From Pirellulales bacterium (GTDB lineage: Bacteria > Planctomycetota > Planctomycetia > Pirellulales > PALSA-1355), in contig CAVTBU010000010.1 of the NCBI GenBank assembly GCA_963733035.1, positions 65,016-129,015 on the forward strand: 64,000 bases of DNA. Reading direction: 5' to 3'. The notes under the pieces are model-generated. The model did no database searches, was not told the origin of the DNA, and saw only the letters and a program-made list of their open reading frames with translations. Every line of letters starts with the position of its first letter. The first letter of the stretch is position 1. Below, piece by piece: positions 38,981 to 49,102 of this stretch. Made by a program: the position numbers and the translations under genes.

Positions 38981-39526
38981 TTAATAGGGGAACGGGCTGC
39001 CCGGCCGCGTTGTTTTGGGTGGCGAAGCCGGAAGTCCCAGTCGCGGCCCATCGGTACGGCTACCGTAGACCGGCGTGGTCGGCGGCGCGGGCATCGGCGG
39101 CCCACTCGCGGCGTGGCGGAGGTTTTCGCCCCGTTCCAAAAGTTGCACGTTGGGGATGACCGTTTGCGGTTGCAATTGGTACTCCACCACCCGATTGTCG
39201 CGGATCTCTCCGGGTACCAGGTTTTCGGTGATGAAGTCGATGACCGGGTACTGATACCAGGGAGCCGGAATCGGCTGCATGATCGTCAGCGTTTCATAAC
39301 CGCTTTTCACCAGCCGCATTTTGCGGGTACCGTAGTACACGAAATCGGTTGACACCGGAGTGGTGCCGATCTGGTAGTCGTCCACGTAGACCAGGGCGCC
39401 GGGGGGATTGGAGCGAATCGTCAATCGGCGCTGGACGCAGCCGGCTTGCAAGGCGCAGAGCATGAGCGCCCCCAGCCACCAGGGGCTGTGTGTGGCCCAA
39501 GTTCGAAAGCGTCGACGAGGCGTCAC
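38981..39526 (-). CDS. PEGA-domain lipoprotein
   Basis: Lipobox-like LQAGC; IRSNPPGALVYVD..IGTTP..KSGYE. Confidence 0.85.
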   Translation of the reverse strand: MTPRRRFRTWATHSPWWLGALMLCALQAGCVQRRLTIRSNPPGALVYVDDYQIGTTPVSTDFVYYGTRKMRLVKSGYETLTIMQPIPAPWYQYPVIDFITENLVPGEIRDNRVVEYQLQPQTVIPNVQLLERGENLRHAASGPPMPAPPTTPVYGSRTDGPRLGLPASPPKTTRPGSPFPY

Positions 39527-39793
39527 GAGATTGAAGTTCGAATGCGTCCGAGAAATGAAACGCGCAGCGTGCCGAACGGCAGCGGCGGAGTATAGGAGTC
39601 AGGCTAACAGCCTGCCAGACCGATTCGTCGACGGTGGCATCCTGCCGCGCTGTTCGGTTGACGAGCAGGCCGGTTTCGCGGAGAGCCAGCCATCGGGGGA
39701 GGGCCCGCGCTCTGTTGCGGCGCGATTTGGTGGGTTAGAATGGGGTTTTTGGAGTGTTCGGACAAAACCGGCGGCACCTTTCCCCAAAGCGCG

Positions 39794-41104
39794 ATGACCG
39801 ACGCGGCCAAACCCACCGGCGAAGGCAGAAAAGCGCTTGAGTATGCCGCGCTGACGGACGTTGGATTGCGGCGCGGCAACAATCAAGACTCCTTTGCCGT
39901 CGCTCTTGCCGGCGATGACTCCGATTGGCACCGGCGCGGTCATCTACTGATGGTGGCAGATGGCATGGGGGCGCATGCAGCCGGCGAGCTTGCTAGCAAG
40001 ATGGCGTGCGAGTCGGTACCGCATACGTATCGCAAGAGTCTCGATCGATCTGCTGCCGAGGCTTTACGGCACGCCGTGGCGACGGCCAACATCAACATTC
40101 ACAATCGCGGTCAGGCCAACGCCGAATTTCAGGGCATGGGCACTACCTGCAGTTCACTGGTATTGCTGCCGCGGCACGCCATTGTGGCTCATGTGGGCGA
40201 CAGCCGCGTCTATCGCCTGCGTGGCGGCAAGCTGGAACAGCTGACATTTGACCATAGCCTGGTATGGGAGATGATGGCCGCCGGTCAAATGCCGCGCGGT
40301 GAAGTGGCCAATTTCATTCCCAAGAACATCATCACGCGTTCGCTGGGTCCACACGCCGACGTGCAGATCGACATGGAAGGTCCGTTTCCGCTGGAACCGG
40401 GAGACACCTTTCTGCTGTGCAGCGACGGATTGAGCGGGCAACTCAAGGACGAAGAACTCGGCGCGCTGCTCTTGACGCTTTCGCCCAGCGAGGCGGTGCG
40501 AGTTTTGGTCGACGTGGCGAACTTGCGTGGCGGCCCCGATAACATCACGGTCATCGTGGCCCGTGTGAATTGCGTGCCGGCCGAAGAAGAGGCCGAGACG
40601 GTCGTAGCCGAGGCGTCCGGTGCCTCATCCAGCGTGAATCCGATGTGGTGGGGAGCGATGGCGGTTTGCCTGGCCGCGGGACTGGTATTGGCCGTAGCAC
40701 GTTATTATGTGGCGGCGCTGGTCGGCGTGCTGATTGGCGCGGCCAGTGCCGTTGGCGCGCTAATTCAAGGGATGTCGGCGCCGGCACCCGACGTTCGCGA
40801 AAATTTCGACGGTCCCTTGGGCACCGGTCCGCATGCGGCCTTCGATTGCGCGCCGACCGCGACGAGCGTCGCGGCGGCCTCGCAATTGGCGGGCCAATTG
40901 CGCGAAGCCACGCGCAACGAGCACTGGACGCTCGATTGGGGCCACTTCAATTCGCTCGGCGAACAAGCGCAAGCCGCTCTGAACAAAGGCGACCATCACG
41001 AAGCGGTTCGCAGTTATGCGCTGGCAATCACGTTCATGATGAACGAAATTCGCAGCCAGGCTTCCAAAAAGGACCATCGAGACAACTCCGTGCTCGACAC
41101 CTAG
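39794..41104 (+). CDS. PP2C-family Ser/Thr phosphatase with C-terminal TM segments
   Basis: GLRRGNNQD, VADGMG, GMGTT, HVGDSR, LCSDGL, GGPDNIT. Confidence 0.92.
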   Translation: MTDAAKPTGEGRKALEYAALTDVGLRRGNNQDSFAVALAGDDSDWHRRGHLLMVADGMGAHAAGELASKMACESVPHTYRKSLDRSAAEALRHAVATANINIHNRGQANAEFQGMGTTCSSLVLLPRHAIVAHVGDSRVYRLRGGKLEQLTFDHSLVWEMMAAGQMPRGEVANFIPKNIITRSLGPHADVQIDMEGPFPLEPGDTFLLCSDGLSGQLKDEELGALLLTLSPSEAVRVLVDVANLRGGPDNITVIVARVNCVPAEEEAETVVAEASGASSSVNPMWWGAMAVCLAAGLVLAVARYYVAALVGVLIGAASAVGALIQGMSAPAPDVRENFDGPLGTGPHAAFDCAPTATSVAAASQLAGQLREATRNEHWTLDWGHFNSLGEQAQAALNKGDHHEAVRSYALAITFMMNEIRSQASKKDHRDNSVLDT

Positions 41105-41115
41105 GTCTGACGCCG

Positions 41116-42634
41116 CTACGCGGCCTGCGCGCGATCGATTGGTGCGGTGACTGGTTCCGTCGTCGGAGCATCGCGCAGCGCCGTTGCCGCCGCTTTCGCC
41201 GGCCACAACAGCACGCCGCAGGTCGCGAAATACCATGCCGTGGTGCCCAGGCCCAGCAGGCCGATCCGCCCGGCGTGGTGCAGCGCCGCGTAATGGCTGA
41301 TGACGAGTATCGGAGGAACCGCGGCCACCGCGCAGGCCCATCGCCAGCGTCCAGCGCGCAGCAGCCACAGCGGCGCAAAGACGTTGGCTGGAAGCAGAAG
41401 CATGTAGTAGTGTCCGCGGGCGATCGTGAACACAACCAGCGTTGCCGCGCAGGCCAACCCGAACGCCGCCGCGTGACCCAATCGATCGTGTCGGCGGCCC
41501 ATCTGGAAGCTCACCACCAGAATCAGGCAGCCGGCCAGCGCGGATGCCAAATACTGCTTTTTCCGTCCATTTGGCGTCCATCAGCAGTCCCCGGCCGCCG
41601 CGGCGCAGCTGCTCGGGGCCCTCGTCGTGTGGGCCGCCGGCAAAATAGTAGTGAGCCCAGTTGCCGAAACGGTACGCCGAATTGGCCAGGCTTTGGTTGC
41701 GAACGGTCGTCGAGTTGCCGGCGAAGTTGTCTTCGCTGATGTCTTCGGCATGCACGACGACGGTCTTCCACCAGGTTTCGAGGTGCTGGACATTGGTCCG
41801 CCAACCGACAAACAGCGCCGGCACGATGAGCAGCCAAATCGCCATTCCTCCGGCAAGCCCGCAGGCGCCCGCGCCCGCTTGATTCCATGTGGCAGGCGTG
41901 CGTGCGTGCCAGGCGGTGGAGAATTGCTGCCAAACGACGACGCAAGCCGGGACGATGGGTGTGATTTTCAGGGTAACAGCCAGGGCCAAAACAATTCCAC
42001 CGAGGGCTGTTTTCCAGAGCATTCGATTGTCGATCAACAAGCGAAAACCGAGCAGCAGCAGATAGAGCTTGGCCACACCGACTTGTCCGCGTTGCATGCA
42101 GTTCAGCGCGGGAAGTGTCGCGCCGGCAATCGCGACCACGGCCAGAGGGGTTGGAACCAGGCCAAAATGTCCTTCGGGACGGTCGGCCGGCAGCACCAGG
42201 CGCGCAATGCGCAGCAACTCGCGGTAACAACCCCAGCAGGTAAGCACACTGATGGCGAACCACACCAGCACCTGATCGCGGGAATCGAGCTCGTGTAGCG
42301 GGGAGACCAGAATCGCGAACAGCGGCGGATATAGATATCCCCAACCGCGCGGGTTGGTCACCTTGTAGGGGTCGCGTCCGTCGAAGAATGCCGCGCCGGC
42401 TTCGGTGTAGACGGTGAAATCGGTCTTGTGGATCCAGCGATCGTTAGGATCAATCGTGCCGCGTTTGCGCACATCGAACCAACCCCAAATTGCCATGGCG
42501 ATAAGGAGTCCACCGATAACTCGAAAGCGAGTTGGCCACAGCCAGTGGCGCTTGCGTTGGGTGCCGGCGGGCGGCAAGTCGGCTTGTTGGTTCACGGGAA
42601 GCGTTATTTTCGGAACACGAAGGCGGTGCTGCAT
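41116..42634 (-). CDS. GT87/DUF2029-family polytopic glycosyltransferase (apparent frameshift near 41540)
   Basis: DFTVY..GRDPY, YLYPP, GQ, LKITP, NQSL; hydrophobic C-terminus with HYY in a second frame. Confidence 0.82.
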
Positions 42635-42889
42635 TCACCCCCCAATCTGTGCAGTCGATTGGGACGGCCGGCGAACCCTATCTTGCCGGATTCCTTGGGT
42701 CAAGATCGATTCGTAGTACGTTAAGGACTTGTCAAGAATGTGTGGCATCCGTGCGTTTAACGGTATTGGTCGGTTGTTCGGAAGGATGCTACACTCTCCC
42801 GCCCGTCGCCGGCTCTGCTCGGCCGCTTGCTGCCGGCGGCGCGGGGTCAGCTTCCGCACCTAAAAGCGCCAGCGACAAGGAGGTCGCCG

Positions 42890-44510
42890 TTGCTTTCGAA
42901 GTGGCCAATTCGTAACAAACTGCTGTTCGGCATCGGCTTGCTGGTGGTGATCGTGGCCACGCTTTCGGCCAGCGGATTCATCAGCGTATATGCCTATCGC
43001 AGCCTCGTGCGCGAGTCTGCGCGGGCGTGCCGAAGAACTGCCCATGGCCGGAGCCTTGGCACGCGGCGTGAGCGATCTGCGGGTGATTGTGGGCGAGGTT
43101 CGCAGCGCGCGCAACGTGTTGAGCCCACAGGGACGAATGATCCTGCCTTTGGAAAGGGACGTGCTGCTCAGTCAATTCAATGGCGGCATGGATCAGGTGC
43201 GTAGCACCCTGCAGGAATATCGCCTGCAATTGATTGAGTTGGCCGCTGAAAATCCGCGCGGTTCCGATATCAACGATAGCAGCGCCGAATGGGAGACCGT
43301 TCACAAGATCGAACGCTCGCTCGAGCGAATTGCTGATGCCTCTTTTGACACCGATTGGCCGACCGATGAGGCGAAGATCGACACCATCGGCATGGAACTC
43401 GACAATCTGCAGGAGCTAACGTGGATCCTGCCGAGCTATCTGCACGAGCGAATTCACGGCTTTGCCGACGAAGTAAAAGGGCACTACCGCACGCTGATCG
43501 GACTAAATTGGATCACCACGGTGCTGGCCGCGCTGCTGATGTTTCTGGTGATGCGGCTGTTCTATAGCTGGGTTTTTCGCCCGCTGCAGGTGCTAGTGAT
43601 GGGAGCCCGCCGTGTGGCGGCCGGCGAGTTTGGCTACCGAATTGCCTTGGACAGACGCGACGAAATTGGCGAATTGGCCGATGCCATGAACGACACGATC
43701 GCGCGGTTCGAAGCGATTCGCGACGACCTTGACCGGCAGGTTCGCGAGCGCACCAAGCAGGTCGTGCGTAGCGAGCAATTGGCCAGCGTCGGCTTTCTGG
43801 CCGCGGGCGTGGCACACGAGATCAACAATCCCTTGCAGTCGATCGCCTTGTGCGGCGAGTCGCTGGAAAGCCGCGTTGAGGAGGTGCTCGAAGCGGCACC
43901 GACCATCGCCGACTCCGATCGCGAGGTGATCCGCAGCTACGTGAAAATGATTCAGGACGAGGCGTTCCGCTGTAAAGGCATCACCGAGCGGTTGCTCGAC
44001 TTTTCGCGGATGGGAGACGTAACGCGTCAGACGACCGACTTGCGCGAGCTGATCGGCGGTGTGATCGACATGGTCGGCCACTTGGGCCGCTATCAAGACA
44101 AGCGTCTCGACCTGGTGCCCGGCGAGGCGGTCGTGGCGCCGGTCAACCCGCAAGAACTCAAGCAAGTGGTGCTTAATCTGATTACCAACGGACTCGACAG
44201 CCTGTCGCCCGGCGGCGTGCTGTCGATCGAACTGCGCAAATCCAACGACATGGCCGAGATCGTCTTTACCGACGACGGTTGCGGCATGACCGAGGAAGTT
44301 CTCAAGCACTTGTTCGAGCCGTTCTTTACCCGCCGACGTAGCGGGCAGGGGACCGGACTGGGGCTTTCCATTACCTATCGCATCGTCGCCGACCACGGCG
44401 GACAGATTGACGTGCATAGCGACGGCCCGGGCCGCGGAGCGCGTTTTCGAGTATTGCTGCCCTTGGCCGAGAAGCAGAAGGAGAGAGATCATCGCTACCA
44501 AGCCGCATAA
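42890..44510 (+). CDS. HAMP sensor histidine kinase (apparent 1-nt insertion near 43013)
   Basis: SD AAGGAGG + TTG, TM-periplasm-TM-HAMP, AHEINNPL, NLITNG, DDGCGM, GTGLGL. Confidence 0.92.
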
Positions 44511-45897
44511 TCGCTTGAAACTGTTGTTCGCCGACGACGAGCGCTCGCTGCAAGAGTTGATGAAGATCGAGCTGCCGCGGATGGGGCACGACGTCACGGT
44601 CTGTCCCGACGGATTGACCGCCGTGGCTGCCCTGGAACGCAACAGTTACGACTGCATTCTGGTCGACCTTGACATGCCCGGGCTGACCGGCATCGAAGTG
44701 ATTGCCAAGGCCAAGGAGTACTCGCCTCATACGGATGCCGTGGTGTTGACCGGCAAGTCGTCGATGGAAACCGCCATCGCCGCTTTACGTCATGGCGCGT
44801 TTGACTATCTGACCAAACCCTGCAAGCTCGTTGAGTTGCAGTCGCTGCTCAACCGCGTCTCCGAGAAGCGTGAACTGACGAACAAGTACCTGGCCATCAA
44901 GCGGCAACTCGAACGCGTCGAGGGCAAGAGCCAGCTGATCGGCGAGAGCCCCGCCATGGACCGCGTGCGGACGCTGATCGCCAAGGTGGCGCCCACCAAT
45001 AGCACGGCACTCATCCTCGGCGAAACCGGCACCGGCAAGGAACTGGTGGCTCGGGCGCTGCACGATCAGAGCCTGCGGGCCGATATGCCGTTCGTGGCCA
45101 TCAACTGCGGCGCGCTGCCCGAGAGCCTGATCGAAAGCGAATTGTTCGGTCATCGTCGCGGCAGCTTTACCGGCGCCGACGAACACCGCGTGGGTTTGTT
45201 CGAAGTGGCCAACGGCGGAACGCTGTTTCTCGATGAAATTGGCGAGCTGCCCAAGGCCATGCAAGCCAAGCTGCTGCGGGTGCTCGAAAGCGGCGAAATC
45301 CGTCGCGTGGGCGAGAACGAATCGTTTACGATCGACGTGCGGGTGGTCTGCGCCACGCACCGGCACCTGGAACAGATGGTCGACGAAGGAGAATTTCGCG
45401 AAGACCTGATGTTTCGGATCAACACGTTTGAAATTCACTTGCCTCCGCTGCGCGAGAGGACCGACGACATCGAACTGCTGGCCCGGCACCTGGTGCAGCG
45501 ATTCCGCCGCGGCGCCCGACCCGACGATGAGTTGTTCACGCCGGAGGCGATTCGCCTGCTGACCGAGCACAGCTGGCCAGGCAACGTCCGCGAGCTGGCC
45601 AACGTCATCGAACATGCGACGATTCTCTGTGAATCGGGACCGATTTCGGTGGAGCACCTGCCGCAGCGATTCGAAAACCGCCGGATGCGAACGAGCACGG
45701 CGGGCGGGTCCGCGCCGTTGAAAGCAGTTGGTTCGGGTTCGCAGACCCTGCGCGAAATCGAAATGCAGGTTATCTACCAGACACTCGAGCGGCTGGGAGG
45801 CAATAAGCCGAAGGCCGCCGAAGAGCTCGGCATCAGCCTGAAGACGCTCTACAACAAGCTGAACCAATCGAGCGCGGCGTTGGAGCGTTCGGCATAA
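44491..45897 (+). CDS. sigma-54-dependent response regulator (NtrC/ZraR/AtoC type); start uncertain
   Basis: [46 protein letters not shown], Fis HTH. Confidence 0.93.
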   Translation: MATKPHNRLKLLFADDERSLQELMKIELPRMGHDVTVCPDGLTAVAALERNSYDCILVDLDMPGLTGIEVIAKAKEYSPHTDAVVLTGKSSMETAIAALRHGAFDYLTKPCKLVELQSLLNRVSEKRELTNKYLAIKRQLERVEGKSQLIGESPAMDRVRTLIAKVAPTNSTALILGETGTGKELVARALHDQSLRADMPFVAINCGALPESLIESELFGHRRGSFTGADEHRVGLFEVANGGTLFLDEIGELPKAMQAKLLRVLESGEIRRVGENESFTIDVRVVCATHRHLEQMVDEGEFREDLMFRINTFEIHLPPLRERTDDIELLARHLVQRFRRGARPDDELFTPEAIRLLTEHSWPGNVRELANVIEHATILCESGPISVEHLPQRFENRRMRTSTAGGSAPLKAVGSGSQTLREIEMQVIYQTLERLGGNKPKAAEELGISLKTLYNKLNQSSAALERSA

Positions 45898-45984
45898 GCG
45901 CCACGGTGCGATTGCCAGGTGATTGCCGGAGTGATCGCGTGTTCCGCGGCCATTGCTCACACGGCGCTGCGTGATCCCGGCGGA

Positions 45985-46587
45985 TTATTCCACCTGCCGC
46001 ACGACGCCAACGACAACGCCGAGGATTTTGGCGTGCTTGACGTAGATGGGTTTCATCGTGGCGTTGGCGGGCTCGAGGCGGATGCGATTCTTTTCCAGGT
46101 AAAATCGTTTCAACGTGGCCTCGCCTTCGTCGGTTTGCACGACCGCGATTTGACCGTCGCGAGCGGTGCGTTGCTTGCGAACGACCACGAAGTCGCCGTC
46201 GGCAATTTGGGCGTCGATCATCGACTCGCCCGACACCTCCAGTACGAACAAGTTCTTGTGATCGAACATCGCGCCGAAGTCGATCCGCTCGTCCTGTTCG
46301 ATGGCTTCGTGCAGCACGCCGGCGGCAATGCGGCCGGCTAGCGGCAGACCACGGTCTTCGATCGACTCGGCAGCCAGTTGAATGGCCCGCGACATATTCG
46401 GCTCGCGTGTGATCAGCCCCTTCTTTTCCAGGGCCTTCAGATGGCACATCACGCCGTTTGGCGAGCTGATGCGAAAATAATCGCCGATCTCGCGGACCGT
46501 CGGGCCGTAACCGCGATTTCGAATCTTGTCGCGAATGAATTCGTAAACGTCCTTCTGTCGCTCGGTCAATTGGTCCGTTACGGACAT
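45985..46587 (-). CDS. lexA: SOS repressor LexA
   Basis: PTVREIG wHTH, Ala-Gly site IAAG, catalytic GESM and TLKR. Confidence 0.95.
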   Translation of the reverse strand: MSVTDQLTERQKDVYEFIRDKIRNRGYGPTVREIGDYFRISSPNGVMCHLKALEKKGLITREPNMSRAIQLAAESIEDRGLPLAGRIAAGVLHEAIEQDERIDFGAMFDHKNLFVLEVSGESMIDAQIADGDFVVVRKQRTARDGQIAVVQTDEGEATLKRFYLEKNRIRLEPANATMKPIYVKHAKILGVVVGVVRQVE

Positions 46588-46633
46588 GATCCAGGGCTTC
46601 CTGTGGGGGTTGGCGGAATGTCACCGCGACTTC

Positions 46634-46674
46634 ACTATAATATACGCCTGTACATAATCAATAGCATCTGTACA
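46634..46674 (-). promoter_or_regulatory. putative lexA sigma-70 promoter with overlapping candidate LexA boxes
   Basis: TTGATT-16-TATAGT on the - strand; CTGTACA repeated 20 bp apart. Confidence 0.55.
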
Positions 46675-46834
46675 CCATCGGCGGAAAATCCCCGATTTCT
46701 TGAGCCGTTCACCTAGCCGTCGCGACCGGAAAAGGCCGATACGTACCCATGCGCGGCCATCGATTTGCATTGACCCGACCTGGGTCTTGCGAAAGAATGC
46801 TTTGTAGACGTATCTGCCACGCTGGCTGGGGAAT

Positions 46835-47301
46835 ATGGTTCATTCGCTGCTATCCCTGATGCTGTTGGCAACCCAGGTCCTTTCCTGGAATGCCGCGCCG
46901 CTGTTCCTGTGCCTGGACGCGGATGGCTCGGTGTGCATCGACTTCGGACCGGACAGTTGCGGCTGCTGTCACCAGGACGCTGGCACCGCCGATGATGGCC
47001 ATGAGCATGCCGGGTGCGGCCACGCCGAACGCGACCGCGCCACGTGCGACTCGCGGACTTCGCAGGCGACTTCGGTTCCTTGCGGCTGCGAGCACGTGCA
47101 GCTTTCCGATCAGCAGACGGCCACGCTCGACCGGGCTCCGCTGGATGGCGCGAGCGGGCCGCTGGGTCAGCCGGTGGCCATCCACTCTTGCTCGAACCCG
47201 CAGGTGCTCGGCCGGGTCGGCGCTGCCACCGGTGCTGCCCATCGATTGCCGGCTTCAACCGACGCGATCATGCTGCGCGCGGCATCGTGCTGCGCTGTTG
47301 A
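46835..47301 (+). CDS. Cys/His-rich exported protein ahead of the RND operon (probable frameshift near 47270)
   Basis: Signal-like N-terminus, LCL..VC, CGCCH, HEHAGCGH, CGCEH; likely tail ..VLRC-stop lies in the adjacent frame. Confidence 0.55.
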
Positions 47302-47469
47302 ATTTGCGCCCCCCGGGTGCGGATTTATCTTGCGTAGCCTGAGCGTTCTTTCATGGACGTCCGGTTTCGCGACGCACTCTCTGGCTTCGCGTCGATCACG
47401 GTTTTGGTTCTGTTTCACGTACCGAATTGCGCGCCGCCTGGTGGCAGCGCGTTCTTCAGGAGCATCCCG

Positions 47470-49089
47470 ATGTCCATCGCCTCTCCTACCCGCTCAGACA
47501 GCCCTGCACCGCGCATTGAGCCGCGCACGATCGCGCCATCGCGGCCGCCAACTGCTGGCACTCGTGACGGGCAACCTGCCGAGCATCCTGGTATTCGCGC
47601 TGCTTGGCGGAGTGCTGTTGTTGGGGCACGAGACCGGCTGGAAGCTACCGTCGCTTTCGGCCTTGTCCGGTAGCTCGTCGGCCGCCAGCGATGATTGGTG
47701 CGCCGAGCATCTCGTGCCCGAGGCAAGCTGCGTCGAGTGTCGCGACGGACTGCTTCCCAAGTTGCCTTCGTTCGGCTTCTGCCGCACGCATGGGGTGGCA
47801 GAGTGCGTAATCTGTCATCCGGAACTGGCCCAGGTGCGCGGCGAGCCGCGGTTGCCGGCCTACGACACCGCGGCCGCGCTGGCGGTGATGGATCGTCCGA
47901 CGAACAACAGCCGCAATATGCTCCACGAGCGGCTGGTGCAATTTGCCTCGGCCGAGAGCGCAGAAGGCTGGCGTGATGGTGAATGTGGTGCAGGAAGAGC
48001 CCATGAGCGACATCGTGAAGGCCAACGGCGAGATCCAATTCGATCCCACACGCGTGGCGCATCTCTCGCCGCGCGCCGGGAACGGTGGCACAGGTATTCA
48101 AGATCGTGGGCGACGACGTGCACGCCGGCGACGTATTGGCGCTGGTCGACGTGGCTGCTGTCGGTCAGGCCAAAGCCGACTTGATCCAGGCGATTGTCGC
48201 CAGGCGTCTTCGCGCAACGAACCTTGAACGCGTGAAAGCCGCGGGCGTTGGCGTGGCTGGAATTCGAATCACGGAGGCGGAGGCGGCGTTGGAAGAGGCC
48301 GACGTGCGACTGATTTCCGCTCGGCAGGCCCTGGTAAACCTGGGGTTGGAAGTACCCGAAGAGCTTGGCGACGCCGATCCGAGACAAGTCGCCGAGGACC
48401 TGCGGTTCTTGGGCATTCCTACCGAGATTGTTGCCATGCTACCGGCCGGCACACGGTCGGCCAATCTGTATGCCGTGCGAGCACCGTACGACGGCGTGGT
48501 GGTTTCCTCCGACAGCGTGCTGGGCGAGGTGGTTAGCCAAGGCGACGTGCTTTATACGGTGGCCGATCCGCGGCGGATGTGGCTAACGCTGGCCGTGCCG
48601 CAAGAAGATGCTCGCTATGTCAAACCGGGGCTGGCCGTGAAGTTCAGCACGGACGAGGCGGCTCAAGAGGTTAACGGAAGCATCTCCTGGGTCAGCACCA
48701 CGATCGACCAACGGACGCGAACCTTGCAGGCTCGAGTCGTACTCGATAACTCCAGCGGTCGGCTCAAGGATAAGACTTTCGGTACCGGCCGGATTGTGCT
48801 CCGCGAAGAGCCGCGGGCGATTGTCGTGCCGCGCGAGGCGGTGCAGGCCACGGCCGACGCGACGTTCGTGTTCGTGCGAGACAAGAACTACCTGACCAAG
48901 GGCGCCCCGAAGGTATTCCACGTGCGTCAGGTGCGCACCGGAGCAGCGGACGACGCGCACGTCGAGTTGTTAGCCGGGGTGCTGCCCGGCGAGGTGGTCG
49001 CGACGACGGGAAGCAACGTGCTGCTATCGCAATTGCTCCGCAGCAACCTCGGCGCTGGGTGCGGCTGCCACGACGCTTCGGCCAAGTAA
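47470..49089 (+). CDS. czcB: heavy-metal RND periplasmic adaptor, CzcB/CusB-like (apparent frameshifts near 47540, 47960, 48080)
   Basis: TM anchor, WCAEHLVPE and CVICH modules, RAPYDGVV, TRTLQARV, VVPREAVQ, GEVVATTGS. Confidence 0.85.
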
Positions 49090-49102
49090 GGAAACACACG
49101 CC

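Noticed and set aside
40760..41115. GT87 C-terminus overlapping the PP2C gene
   Set aside because: Frameshift artefact; the hydrophobic true C-terminus ends at 41116
46835..48184. Single 449-aa ORF fusing the Cys-rich leader to the adaptor N-terminus
   Set aside because: The middle reads like non-coding spacer and a separate SD plus ATG exists at 47470; the fusion probably results from indels
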